A stretch of DNA of 64,000 nucleotides from Candidatus Nealsonbacteria bacterium (lineage in GTDB: Bacteria > Patescibacteriota > Minisyncoccia > Minisyncoccales > JANBVM01), in NCBI GenBank assembly GCA_026016225.1, contig CP061210.1, forward strand, positions 322,000-385,999. The letters run 5' to 3'. Under the pieces are notes generated by a model that was given only the letters and a program-made list of their open reading frames with translations, was not told where the DNA came from and ran no database searches. This document shows, one piece after another, positions 16,302-25,323 of this stretch (its first letter is position 1; every line of letters starts with the position of its first letter). Position numbers and translations under genes: made by a program.

Positions 16302-17396
16302 ATGAAAATTCTCATTATCGCCCCTCTCACAAGAAAAATTTCTCCAAAAATTACTGCTGCAAGGCCAAGAGTTATTTTTGATTTAGCTACTGGTCTTCAA
16401 AAAAGAAAACATAAAGTTTCTGTTTTAGGAACAAAAGATAGTTATATTCCAAGAGTAAAAATTATTCCAGTAATTAAGAAGGGTTTTTATGAGTTGTCTT
16501 CTTCTCTTGAGAATCCTTTTTATACCCATATTTCTTTTTTGGCTAAAATGGCAAAAGTTCTTGAGAAGATTGGGAATGATTTCGATATTATTCATAATCA
16601 TTGTTATCCAGAATTCATAAATTTACTCGTTGAAAAGAATATTAAAATTCCGATTGTGACAACTATTCATGCCCAAATGATGCCTGAATTAGATAATATT
16701 TTATCTCTATTCCCTGATTCTTATTTTATTTGTGTTTCAAAAGCAGCTAAAGACCTAGCCAAAAAAACAAAAATTTATAGAGTAATCTACAATGGTATAG
16801 ATACAAATTTGTACAAATTCTCTTCTAAGAAAGAAGGTTATCTTTTATGGATTGGAAGATTGAGTAAAGCTAAAGATAAAAAGGGAAATTTTATGGATCC
16901 TAAAGGAGTGAGATGGGCAATAAGATTAGCTAAGGAAACTGGCTTAAACCTTCTTTTGGCAGGAAATGTAGAAGATCCAGAATTTTTTGAAAGAGATGTT
17001 AAGCCTTATCTATCAAAGAAAATCAAATGGATAGGGCCGGTATCCTTTGAACAACCTTTAAGCAAAAAGGAGGTAGTAAAGTTGATGCAAAAAGCAAAAG
17101 CATTTTTGATGACCGTTAATTGGGAAGAACCCTTCGGTTTGGTAATGGCCGAAGCTCAATCTTGCGGGACACCAGTCATTGGATTTAATAGAGGGTCTGT
17201 TTCTGAACTTGTAATTAATGGGAAAACTGGTTTTGTCGTTAAACCAAAAGAAGGAATTGAGGGGTTAAAAAGAGCTTTAAGGAAAATAGATAGAATAAAC
17301 CCCAAAGATTGTCGAGAACATATTGAAAAAAAATTTTCTGCGAAGAAAATGGTAGAAGAATATGAGAAGATTTATTATAAAATTTTAAATAAATAA
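16302..17396 (+). CDS. glycosyltransferase, GT4 family (GT-B fold)
   Basis: 364 aa. EEPFGLVMAEAQSCGTPVIGFNRGS is the GT4 signature region. Confidence 0.85.
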   Translation: MKILIIAPLTRKISPKITAARPRVIFDLATGLQKRKHKVSVLGTKDSYIPRVKIIPVIKKGFYELSSSLENPFYTHISFLAKMAKVLEKIGNDFDIIHNHCYPEFINLLVEKNIKIPIVTTIHAQMMPELDNILSLFPDSYFICVSKAAKDLAKKTKIYRVIYNGIDTNLYKFSSKKEGYLLWIGRLSKAKDKKGNFMDPKGVRWAIRLAKETGLNLLLAGNVEDPEFFERDVKPYLSKKIKWIGPVSFEQPLSKKEVVKLMQKAKAFLMTVNWEEPFGLVMAEAQSCGTPVIGFNRGSVSELVINGKTGFVVKPKEGIEGLKRALRKIDRINPKDCREHIEKKFSAKKMVEEYEKIYYKILNK

Positions 17397-17508
17397 CTTT
17401 TTTAAATGCTTCCATTTTAGATTTGACTAATCAACGAATAACTGACTATCTAATTGGTTCACTGCTGGAAAATTATTCCAAAACCAGGTTTGGTTAAATT
17501 TTTTAAAC

Positions 17509-17517
17509 TGGTATAAT
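17509..17517 (+). promoter_or_regulatory. extended -10 promoter element TGgTATAAT
   Basis: ACTGGTATAAT lies ~190 nt upstream of ftsZ, after a 310-nt intergenic gap. Confidence 0.4.
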
Positions 17518-17706
17518 TAAATAAGTTTTAAAAGTCGAGAGTTTCAGTTGGTGTATATAAATAAATAAATAATAACAGGTAGAACTAAAGATTAATTTAG
17601 AGAACGAGATTGTTATTTATGCCTAATAAAATAGGGGGAGATTTTAAATTATTGTTATAATTGTAGTCAATTTGACCGTTTATATTGAAAATCTTATACT
17701 AAAGCA

Positions 17707-19077
17707 ATGAGGAAAAAGAAGAAAAAACCATCCGCCAGTTGGCGGAAAAAAAGAGTTTCTCGTAGAAAAACTTTTAAAAAGAGAAAGGAATTAAAAAAAA
17801 GCGAACCAAAAGACATTAAGAAAATAAAGGTTCGAGTAATTGGAATTGGAGGGGGAGGAGGTTCTATAGTTTCAGAGATAGCCCAGAGGGTGAAAGGGGC
17901 TTCTTTTTTTGCTGCCAATACCGACTTAAAAGCTTTGGGAAGATTTTCAAGAAAAGTTAAAAAATTTTATTTTGGAGAAAATTTAACTCATGGGCTGGGA
18001 ACCGGTATGAACCCCGAAATTGGGGAAGAAGCTGCTAAGAACGAAAAAGAGCGAATAAAAAAAATAATGGAAGGTCAAGATTTCGTTATTTTGGTTGCTT
18101 GTCTGGGAGGGGGATTGGGTTCTGGGGCAGCGCCGGTTTTTGCTAACATCTCAAAGAATTTAGGTAATTTAACATATGGTATTTTCACCTTTCCTTTTAA
18201 ATTTGAGGGTGAAAAAAAAATGGGAATTGCCAAAGATTCTTTGGAAATACTTAAAACAAAACTGGATGCCTTATCTATTATTCCTAATGAGAGAATTTTT
18301 CAAATTATAGAAAGGACAGCTCCTCTCAAAAAAGCTCTTTCTACTATCAATAAAAGTTTATCAGATTCCCTGCAAAGCTTAATTGAAATAATATATAAAC
18401 CAGGTTTAATTAATATTGATTTTGCTGATTTAAGGACTATTTTTAAAGAAAAGGGAACGTTAGCTTATTTAAATTCCATTGAGATAGGAAAAGAAAAAGA
18501 GAAAGAAGCGATTGATAAAGTAATAAATTCTCCTTTGTATCCATACAGCATTGATGGAGCTAAAGGAGTTTTGTTTAATATCTCAGGTCAAAAAGACCTT
18601 TCTTTAGCTCAGGTTAATCAGATTTCAAAAACTATTGCAAAGAAGGTTTACAGAACAGCTAAGATAATTTTTGGAATTTCTGGTACTAAAAAAAGTTCAA
18701 AGATTAGAATAAGTTTATTAGCAACAGGATGTAGTTCTAAAATCTTTTTTAGAAAACCTACAAAAAAGCCAAAAAAAATTCAAGCTGACAAATCAAAAAA
18801 GAGAAAATTAAAGCCTAAAAAAAAGAAAATTGAAGAGATTGTATCTGAACCACCAAAACCACCCAAACAGCCCGTTTCTTTAAAAAAGAAACCAATCCGC
18901 CGATTGGCGGAAAAAAAGCCAAAGAAAAAAAAGAAGAAAGAAAAAAAAAGGGTGAAGGTTAGGAGAAATGCTCTTGAAGTAAGAAAAGGTATTGAGCAGG
19001 AAGAAGCTGAAATAATATCTAAAGAAAAAGTTTGGGAAACCCCAACTTTTCTCAGAAAAAAAATGACCCAAGGATAA
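17707..19077 (+). CDS. ftsZ: cell division protein FtsZ with polybasic N-terminal extension and polybasic C-terminal linker
   Basis: 456 aa. Tubulin signature GLGTGMNP/GGGLGSGAAP and core VIGIGGGGGSIV are present. The C-terminal peptide ETPTFLRKK matches the conserved FtsZ tail. Confidence 0.95.
   Translation: MRKKKKKPSASWRKKRVSRRKTFKKRKELKKSEPKDIKKIKVRVIGIGGGGGSIVSEIAQRVKGASFFAANTDLKALGRFSRKVKKFYFGENLTHGLGTGMNPEIGEEAAKNEKERIKKIMEGQDFVILVACLGGGLGSGAAPVFANISKNLGNLTYGIFTFPFKFEGEKKMGIAKDSLEILKTKLDALSIIPNERIFQIIERTAPLKKALSTINKSLSDSLQSLIEIIYKPGLINIDFADLRTIFKEKGTLAYLNSIEIGKEKEKEAIDKVINSPLYPYSIDGAKGVLFNISGQKDLSLAQVNQISKTIAKKVYRTAKIIFGISGTKKSSKIRISLLATGCSSKIFFRKPTKKPKKIQADKSKKRKLKPKKKKIEEIVSEPPKPPKQPVSLKKKPIRRLAEKKPKKKKKKEKKRVKVRRNALEVRKGIEQEEAEIISKEKVWETPTFLRKKMTQG
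17731..17746. repeat. inverted repeat TCCGCC-agtt-GGCGGA inside the ftsZ 5' end
   Basis: 6-4-6 inverted repeat flanked by A-runs, translated as SASWRK in the ftsZ frame. Confidence 0.8.
18896..18911. repeat. inverted repeat TCCGCC-gatt-GGCGGA inside the ftsZ 3' linker
   Basis: It is part of a 23-nt string CAATCCGCCGATTGGCGGAAAAA (18893-18915) that is identical to 37850-37872. Confidence 0.85.
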
Positions 19078-19112
19078 TAAACCTTAAACTATAAACAGTA
19101 ATTTATACCACT

Positions 19113-19982
19113 ATGATTAAAGTAACTAAAGAAATCTTAAATGATATTTATAAAGAAAGAAAAAAAGATGTATATTACCGAAAATATGATTTCGGGCTTC
19201 TATTAGTAATTGGTGGTTCAGACTATTATTCTGGTTCACCGGCACTCTCTGCAATGGCCGCTTTTAGAGCCGGAGTTGATATGGTGAGAATTCTTGCTCC
19301 AGAGAGGGCAGCAGATATTATTGCTTCTTTTTCTCCCGATTTAGCAACTTATCCTTTGGAAGGGAAATGGTTAGAAAAAAAACATTTATCAACCCTAATT
19401 ACAATAACAAAATCGGCAGAAGAGGTAGCGAGAGGGAAAGTAGCTGTAGTTATCGGAGGAGGAACAGGAAGAACAAAAGAAACTCAAGAGGTAATTTTAG
19501 ACTATCTTAATGAAGTTTCAGTACCTGTGGTAATTGATGCAGATGGCATCTATGCCTTAGGTGAGAATCCAGACATAGTAAGAGGGAGGAATTTTTTAAT
19601 TACTCCCCACTCTTATGAGTTTTTTGTACTGACAAAAAAAAGGATTTATGAACTTCCTTATAAAGAGAAAATAAAATTAGTGAGAGAGGAGGCTGAAAGA
19701 CTGCAGACTACAATTTTACTTAAAGAAAAACCAGATATTATTTCCAATGGTAAAGAAATAGCCTTAAATGAAACGGGAAGCCCCTATATGTCAGTAGGGG
19801 GAACAGGTGATGCATTAGCTGGAATTTGCGGAGCTTTACTTTCCAGAAATATCGATTCATTTACTGCAGCTAAAGCAGCCGCTTATATTAGTGGAAAAGC
19901 AGGAGAACTGGCAGCTAAAAAACTGAAAGAAGGACTATTGGCTACAGATGTAATAGAAGCTATTTCCGAAGTTTTACACTAA
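19113..19982 (+). CDS. nnrD: ADP-dependent NAD(P)H-hydrate dehydratase (YjeF C-terminal/carbohydrate kinase family)
   Basis: 289 aa with GGSDYYSGSPALSAMAAFRAGVD and a GGTGDALAG motif. Confidence 0.8.
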   Translation: MIKVTKEILNDIYKERKKDVYYRKYDFGLLLVIGGSDYYSGSPALSAMAAFRAGVDMVRILAPERAADIIASFSPDLATYPLEGKWLEKKHLSTLITITKSAEEVARGKVAVVIGGGTGRTKETQEVILDYLNEVSVPVVIDADGIYALGENPDIVRGRNFLITPHSYEFFVLTKKRIYELPYKEKIKLVREEAERLQTTILLKEKPDIISNGKEIALNETGSPYMSVGGTGDALAGICGALLSRNIDSFTAAKAAAYISGKAGELAAKKLKEGLLATDVIEAISEVLH

Positions 19983-20001
19983 ATAAATTCAAAAAAGTTG
20001 T

Positions 20002-22101
20002 ATGCCTTATGAGTTAATTATAATTGGAGGTGGGCCAGCTGGAATTACAGCTGGTATTTATGCAGCAAGACAAAAAATAAATACACTTTTAATCACAAAA
20101 GATTTTGGAGGTCAAATAGCTAAAAAAGCCGTAGCGATAGAGAATTATCCGGGATTTGAAGCAATTTCAGGAATAGAACTGGTTGAAAAATTTAAAAAGC
20201 AGTTAAGTAAATATAAAATTGATATTGAAAGAGACGAGGTAATAAAAGTAAAGAAAGTTAATAAATCTTTTTTTATTTCAACTCGGAGTAAAAAAGAATT
20301 TGAGGCAAAAGCAGTAATTGTTGCTTCCGGAGCTGACCCCCGACCTTTAGAAGTACCCGGAGAAAAAGAATTTATTGGAAAAGGAGTAAGTTATTGCGCC
20401 GTATGTCTTCCTTCGGGAGAAGAAATAGTAGCTAATAATTCTTTAGAAAAGATTGAAGAAATAGGAATATCTCACCAGGTTTTAACAGGTGATAGAAATT
20501 TTAAGAATATAAGTCAGATAATAGGACGTGATTACAGAGGGAAAATAATAAAAGTAAAAATTAGATTTTTTACAGAACCGGTTCGATTAACTTCAAACCA
20601 CCCCGTATTGACTTCAAAAGTTAAAAGGATTCCCCATAGAAAAGTCCAAGTAATAGATAAGCCAAAATGGAAAAAAGCTGAAGAATTGAATTCCCAAGAT
20701 GTAGTTTTGTATCCCATAATCTCAAAGATTAAGGATATAGAAAAAATTAGATTTTCTAAAATTTTAGGAGTAGAGGTAAAAAATGGAAAGGCTAAGAATG
20801 ATCAGGAAACTTACACTTCACATCGGATTTCCGATGTAATACCAGTGGATGAGAAATTTTTAAGACTAGGAGGATATTATCTTGCTGAAGGATCTTTAGG
20901 AAGGCAAGAAGTAATGATTTATTTTAACAAAAAGGAAAAGAAATATATAAATGATTCAGTAAATTTAATCAAGAAATTATTTTCTCTGAATCCCTATGTT
21001 AAAACTGCAGGTGGAGTGGTTAGAATATCTATATTTTCAAAGTTAGTTAGAGATTTATTTCAAACACTATTTGGGAAGAATGCTCCAAACAAAAAAATAC
21101 CTCATTGGATGTTATTTTTGCCCTTGGAGAAACAAAAGGAGATAATAAAAGGATTTTATAGAGGAGACGGTTGTCTGAGGAACAAAGATTTTTGTATTGT
21201 TACAACCTCAAGGACGTTAGCTTATCAAATGCGAGACATACTTTTAAGATTTAAAATTATTCCGGGGATTGAGAGAAGGAAGAAAGAAAAACTCAATAAA
21301 GTGCCAGGAGAGATAGGAGGAAGAAAGATAAGATTTAATTACGATAAATATCATATTAGGATAGGTGGACCTTCTCTTAAAAAAATGAGTGAAATTTTAT
21401 CTGTTTATCATCCCTACATGGATAAGAGAAATAGGGTCTGCAGACATGCTTGGATAAAAGGAAATTATCTTTATTTGCCCATTAGAGAGGTTGAATCTGA
21501 AGGTTATAGAGGGAGAGTCTATAATTTAAGAGTAGAAGGGAATAATACTTACATAGCAAAAAATTTTATTGTTCATAATTGCGACGGAGCAGTATTTTCT
21601 GGCAAAACCGTAGCCGTAATAGGAGGAGGAAATTCAGCTTTTGAGACAGCTTTATTTTTAACTAATTTAGCAAAGAAGATTTATATTTTAGAATATGGCT
21701 CAGAAATTAAAGCTGATAAGGAAAACCAAGAAGCAGTGGAAAAAAGCGGAAAGGTTAAGATAATAACAAACGCTGCTTTAAAAGAAATTAAAGGAGATAA
21801 ATTTGTTAATTCATTAGTTTATCAGGACAGGAAAACAAAGGAAGAAAAAACATTAGATGTTGAAGGAATTTTTGTGGAAATAGGTTATCAACCTACCACA
21901 TTTTTTGTTAAGGGTCTTGTTGATTTTAACGAGGAAGATGAAATAAAGATTGAGTTCGAAACTTGCCAGACAAAAACTCCGGGTCTTTTTGCTGCCGGTG
22001 ATGTCAATGTGGGAAAATTCAAACAAGTTACCACTGCCTGTGGTGAAGGGACAAAAGCTGCATTAGCTGCTTTTAATTATTTAAAAGGATTAAAGGTATG
22101 A
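20002..22101 (+). CDS. trxB: thioredoxin-disulfide reductase interrupted by a 392-aa intein (extein ~307 aa)
   Basis: N-extein IIGGGPAGITAG...GVSYCAV. C-extein CDGAVFSGKTVAVIGGGNSAFE...AAGDV. The spliced product would restore the CAVCDG redox motif. Confidence 0.9.
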   Translation: MPYELIIIGGGPAGITAGIYAARQKINTLLITKDFGGQIAKKAVAIENYPGFEAISGIELVEKFKKQLSKYKIDIERDEVIKVKKVNKSFFISTRSKKEFEAKAVIVASGADPRPLEVPGEKEFIGKGVSYCAVCLPSGEEIVANNSLEKIEEIGISHQVLTGDRNFKNISQIIGRDYRGKIIKVKIRFFTEPVRLTSNHPVLTSKVKRIPHRKVQVIDKPKWKKAEELNSQDVVLYPIISKIKDIEKIRFSKILGVEVKNGKAKNDQETYTSHRISDVIPVDEKFLRLGGYYLAEGSLGRQEVMIYFNKKEKKYINDSVNLIKKLFSLNPYVKTAGGVVRISIFSKLVRDLFQTLFGKNAPNKKIPHWMLFLPLEKQKEIIKGFYRGDGCLRNKDFCIVTTSRTLAYQMRDILLRFKIIPGIERRKKEKLNKVPGEIGGRKIRFNYDKYHIRIGGPSLKKMSEILSVYHPYMDKRNRVCRHAWIKGNYLYLPIREVESEGYRGRVYNLRVEGNNTYIAKNFIVHNCDGAVFSGKTVAVIGGGNSAFETALFLTNLAKKIYILEYGSEIKADKENQEAVEKSGKVKIITNAALKEIKGDKFVNSLVYQDRKTKEEKTLDVEGIFVEIGYQPTTFFVKGLVDFNEEDEIKIEFETCQTKTPGLFAAGDVNVGKFKQVTTACGEGTKAALAAFNYLKGLKV
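20404..21579 (+). mobile_element. intein with LAGLIDADG homing-endonuclease domain, inserted in the TrxB CxxC active site
   Basis: It starts with Cys (CLPSGEEIV, block A), has block B LTSNHPVLT, two LAGLIDADG motifs (LGGYYLAEGSL and IIKGFYRGDGCL), blocks F/G VYNLRVEGNNTYIAKNFIVHN, and a +1 Cys. Confidence 0.9.
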
Positions 22102-23351
22102 AATCTTCTTTAATCAACAGCATAAAAGCGAGAGAAATTTTGGATTCAAGGGGCAATCCTACTATTGAGGTTGATTTAAAAACAAATCTGGGAAGCTTTC
22201 TGGCATCTGTACCATCGGGAGCTTCAACCGGAAAATACGAGACAATGGAGTTAAGAGATGGAGGAAAAAGATATTTTGGTAAAGGGGTTTTAAAAGCAGT
22301 AAAGAACATAAATGAAATAATTAATCCTGAGCTTAAGGGTAAGGATTTAATCTTACAAAAAGAGATTGATGAGTTAATGATTAAATTGGATGGAACGGAC
22401 AATAAATCTCGTTTGGGAGCTAATGCAATTTGCGCAGTTTCTTTGGCTGTTTGCAGGGCAGGGGCTAAAGCTAAGAAATTAGAGCTTTTCCAATATATAA
22501 AGGAGATTGCTGAAACTCTATATAAAATACCAGCTACTAAATACAAAATACCATTTCCCTCATTCAATATTATTAACGGCGGAGTTCATGCTGGAAACGA
22601 TTTAGACATTCAAGAATTTATGGTTATTCCTCAAAGAGACGTTTTTTCCGAAAATTTAAAAGTAGCCTCAGAAATTTATCATCAGTTAAAAATCCTTCTT
22701 TCAAAGAAATACGGAAAGCAAGCTGTAAATTTGGGAGATGAAGGAGGATTTGCTCCCCCTCTTTTATTTGCAGAACAAGCCTTGGAAATAATTTTAGAAG
22801 CAGCCAGAACTTTAAATTATGAAAAAGAGATTAAAATTATTTTAGACATAGCTGCTTCTCAGTTTTTTGAGGAGGGGAAATACAAAATGAAAATTGGTAT
22901 TTTTACAAGAGAGGGTTTAAAGAGGTATTATTTAAACCTTATTTCAAAGTATCCAATCTTAGGATTAGAAGATCCTTTTTCAGAAGATGACTGGGAAGGA
23001 TTTAGGGAAATTACAAAAGGATCTGGCAAGGAATTTTTGGTGATTGGGGATGACCTTTTAGTTACCAACTCAAAAAGAATAAAAGAGGCAAGAGAAAAAG
23101 ATGCTGTAAATGCTGTGATTTTGAAAATAAACCAAATTGGAACGGTTTCAGAGGCCTTTGAAGCAGCTAAGTTAGCTAAAGATTTTGGATGGAAGATAAT
23201 AGTTTCTCATCGCTCGGGGGAAACTAATGATGACTTTATTGCTGATTTTGCAGTAGGAATTGGAGCCGATTTCATTAAGACTGGAGCTCCGGCTCGTGGA
23301 GAGAGAGTAGCAAAGTATAACAGATTATTAAAGATAGAAGAGGAAATATGA
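22098..23351 (+). CDS. eno: enolase
   Basis: 417 aa with ILDSRGNPTIEV, SHRSGETND and the IKTGAPARGERVAKYN motifs. Confidence 0.95.
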   Translation: MKSSLINSIKAREILDSRGNPTIEVDLKTNLGSFLASVPSGASTGKYETMELRDGGKRYFGKGVLKAVKNINEIINPELKGKDLILQKEIDELMIKLDGTDNKSRLGANAICAVSLAVCRAGAKAKKLELFQYIKEIAETLYKIPATKYKIPFPSFNIINGGVHAGNDLDIQEFMVIPQRDVFSENLKVASEIYHQLKILLSKKYGKQAVNLGDEGGFAPPLLFAEQALEIILEAARTLNYEKEIKIILDIAASQFFEEGKYKMKIGIFTREGLKRYYLNLISKYPILGLEDPFSEDDWEGFREITKGSGKEFLVIGDDLLVTNSKRIKEAREKDAVNAVILKINQIGTVSEAFEAAKLAKDFGWKIIVSHRSGETNDDFIADFAVGIGADFIKTGAPARGERVAKYNRLLKIEEEI

Positions 23352-24547
23352 AAATCCTCTTTATTATTATTGATGGTCTTGGAGATAGACCCATAAAAAA
23401 ACTCAATAATAAGACCCCTTTGGAGTCGGCCAGTACTCCAAATTTAGATTATTTAGCTGAAAATGGAATTTCTGGTTTAATTTTACCCTTTTTGTTTCCT
23501 TGGGAAAAAGAGCCTACTTCAGAAGGTACTCACGTTGCCTTGTTTGGTTATAAAGATTATTTTTTAGGCCGGGGAGTCTATGAAGCTGCCGGAGTTGGAA
23601 TGCGGATGAGAAAAAAAGATATAGCTTTTAGGGTAAATTTTGGAACAATAGATAAAAATCTCAAGATTATTGACCGAAGAGCAGGAAGAATTGATAAAAC
23701 CCAACCATTAGTAGAATCTTTAAACGGAAAAGTAATTGATGGGATTAAATTTCTACTTAAAAAATCTTCTGGCCATCGAGCAGTATTAATATTGAGAGGT
23801 AGAGATTTATCAAATAAAGTTTCAGATGGAGATCCGAATAAAGAAGGGGTAAAAGTAAAAAAGATTCTTCCTCTAAACAAATCAAAATCAGCCCAAAAAA
23901 TAGCAGAAGTTTTAAATAAATTTTTAACTACAGCACATCTTATTTTAAAAAATCATCCTTTTAATAAAAAGAGAATTAAAAGAAAACTTTTACCGGCAAA
24001 TTATCTTTTAGTAAGAGGAGCAGGGAAATTAAGGAAAGTACCTTCTTTCAAAAAACGATATAATTTGAAAGCAGTTTGTGTTGCAGCTGGAGCTCTTTAT
24101 AAAGGTGTAGCAAAAATTATAGGGATGGATGAAATTTCTGTAAAAGGAGCGACCGGTTTTGCCAATACGAATCTTGGAGGTAAAATTTTAGCTGCAAAAA
24201 AAGCTTTGAAAAGATATAATTTTGTTTTTTTACATATAAAAGCTACCGATACTTTTGCTCATGATGGAGATTTTTTAGGCAAAAAGAAATTTATTGAAAA
24301 GATTGACAAAAATATAAAATCTTTATTAGATCTTAAAAACACTTTAATTGTAGTAACCGCTGACCATTCAACCTGTTCTTTGTTAGAAAGGCATTGTAAA
24401 GAAGCTATTCCCATTTTAATCTATGGGGCAGGAAGAAATTCTGTTTCAAAATTTTCGGAGAAAGATTGCAAAAAAGGCAAACTTGGTAAGATAAAGCAGA
24501 TAGATTTAATGTCTAAAATTATGAAAGTAATAGAAAAAAGTAAATAG
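23348..24547 (+). CDS. apgM: 2,3-bisphosphoglycerate-independent phosphoglycerate mutase, archaeal type
   Basis: 399 aa with N-terminal IIDGLGDRP...TPNLDYLA, HIKATDTFAHDG and VTADHST motifs. Confidence 0.85.
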   Translation: MKILFIIIDGLGDRPIKKLNNKTPLESASTPNLDYLAENGISGLILPFLFPWEKEPTSEGTHVALFGYKDYFLGRGVYEAAGVGMRMRKKDIAFRVNFGTIDKNLKIIDRRAGRIDKTQPLVESLNGKVIDGIKFLLKKSSGHRAVLILRGRDLSNKVSDGDPNKEGVKVKKILPLNKSKSAQKIAEVLNKFLTTAHLILKNHPFNKKRIKRKLLPANYLLVRGAGKLRKVPSFKKRYNLKAVCVAAGALYKGVAKIIGMDEISVKGATGFANTNLGGKILAAKKALKRYNFVFLHIKATDTFAHDGDFLGKKKFIEKIDKNIKSLLDLKNTLIVVTADHSTCSLLERHCKEAIPILIYGAGRNSVSKFSEKDCKKGKLGKIKQIDLMSKIMKVIEKSK

Positions 24548-24581
24548 TTAAAGATATTAAATTTGTGTGCTGAATTAATTC

Positions 24582-24590
24582 TGGTATAAT
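24582..24590 (+). promoter_or_regulatory. extended -10 promoter element TGgTATAAT
   Basis: TCTGGTATAAT lies 56 nt upstream of the ferredoxin start. Confidence 0.45.
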
Positions 24591-24645
24591 AAAAAATTAT
24601 TTAATTGTTTTATAAAGGTTATTTAACAATCTTAAATTCATAAAT

Positions 24646-24837
24646 ATGTCTTTAAAATTTAAAGTTAATAAAGAAAAATGTATAAGCTGTGGAGTCTGTA
24701 TTGCCGTTTGCCCCGAGGGTGCTGATTGGGATAAAGATAATAAATCAAAAATTATCGATTCTAAAGAGATAGAAAAATGCGGTGGAAAGACAATTTGTCC
24801 TTACGAAGCAATTGAGAAAGTGAAAGAAGAAAAATAG
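24646..24837 (+). CDS. small 4Fe-4S ferredoxin
   Basis: 63 aa. CISCGVCIAVCP is the CxxCxxCxxxCP cluster motif. Confidence 0.75.
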   Translation: MSLKFKVNKEKCISCGVCIAVCPEGADWDKDNKSKIIDSKEIEKCGGKTICPYEAIEKVKEEK

Positions 24838-24902
24838 TTGTGTGTTGACAATCTTTTTTATTTTGATATATTAAAACCGACCGATATCGTCGGTTTTTCA
24901 CT

Positions 24903-25319
24903 ATGAGAATTTCAAAGAAATCTCAATATGGTCTGCGGGCAATGGTTTATTTAGCCGGTGTTTTTGGAAAAGAGAAAAAGATTTGTTCTTTGAGAGAAAT
25001 TTCTGAAAAAGAAAACATATCTTTTGATTATTTAGAAAAGATAATGTCAAAATTAGAAAAGGCCGACCTAGTCAAGGCAAAAAAAGGCGTTCAAGGGGGA
25101 TATTTTTTAAAGCGTTCTCCCCAAAAAATAAATGTGGGAGAGATAATAAGAGTTTTGGAGAGCACAATGTCTCCTGTTAAGTGCTTGGCGAAAGAAAAAA
25201 GATATAATTGTCCTCGTAAAAAGACCTGTAAAACACTGAATGTTTGGAAAAAGGTTCAGGAGGTTTTAAACTCTACTTTAGAATCTATTACTTTAGCAGA
25301 TTTAATCAAGAAAAAATAG
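24903..25319 (+). CDS. Rrf2-family transcriptional regulator (IscR/SufR-like position)
   Basis: 138 aa. MRISKKSQYGLRAMVYLA is the Rrf2 N-terminal wHTH signature. It sits directly upstream of sufC. Confidence 0.85.
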   Translation: MRISKKSQYGLRAMVYLAGVFGKEKKICSLREISEKENISFDYLEKIMSKLEKADLVKAKKGVQGGYFLKRSPQKINVGEIIRVLESTMSPVKCLAKEKRYNCPRKKTCKTLNVWKKVQEVLNSTLESITLADLIKKK

Positions 25320-25323
25320 GATT

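Noticed and set aside
16199-16381. 60-aa ORF bridging the two glycosyltransferase genes
   Set aside because: It is in an alternative frame overlapping the 3' end of one GT4 gene and the 5' end of the next, and has no independent support.
22073-22567. 164-aa minus-strand ORF
   Set aside because: It is antisense to the highly conserved enolase gene and has no motifs of its own.
24147-24159. AGCGACCGGTTT match to the repeat core, inside apgM
   Set aside because: Only ~12 nt match and the hairpin part is absent. The match encodes a plausible conserved GATGF segment, so it is insufficient to call a repeat copy.
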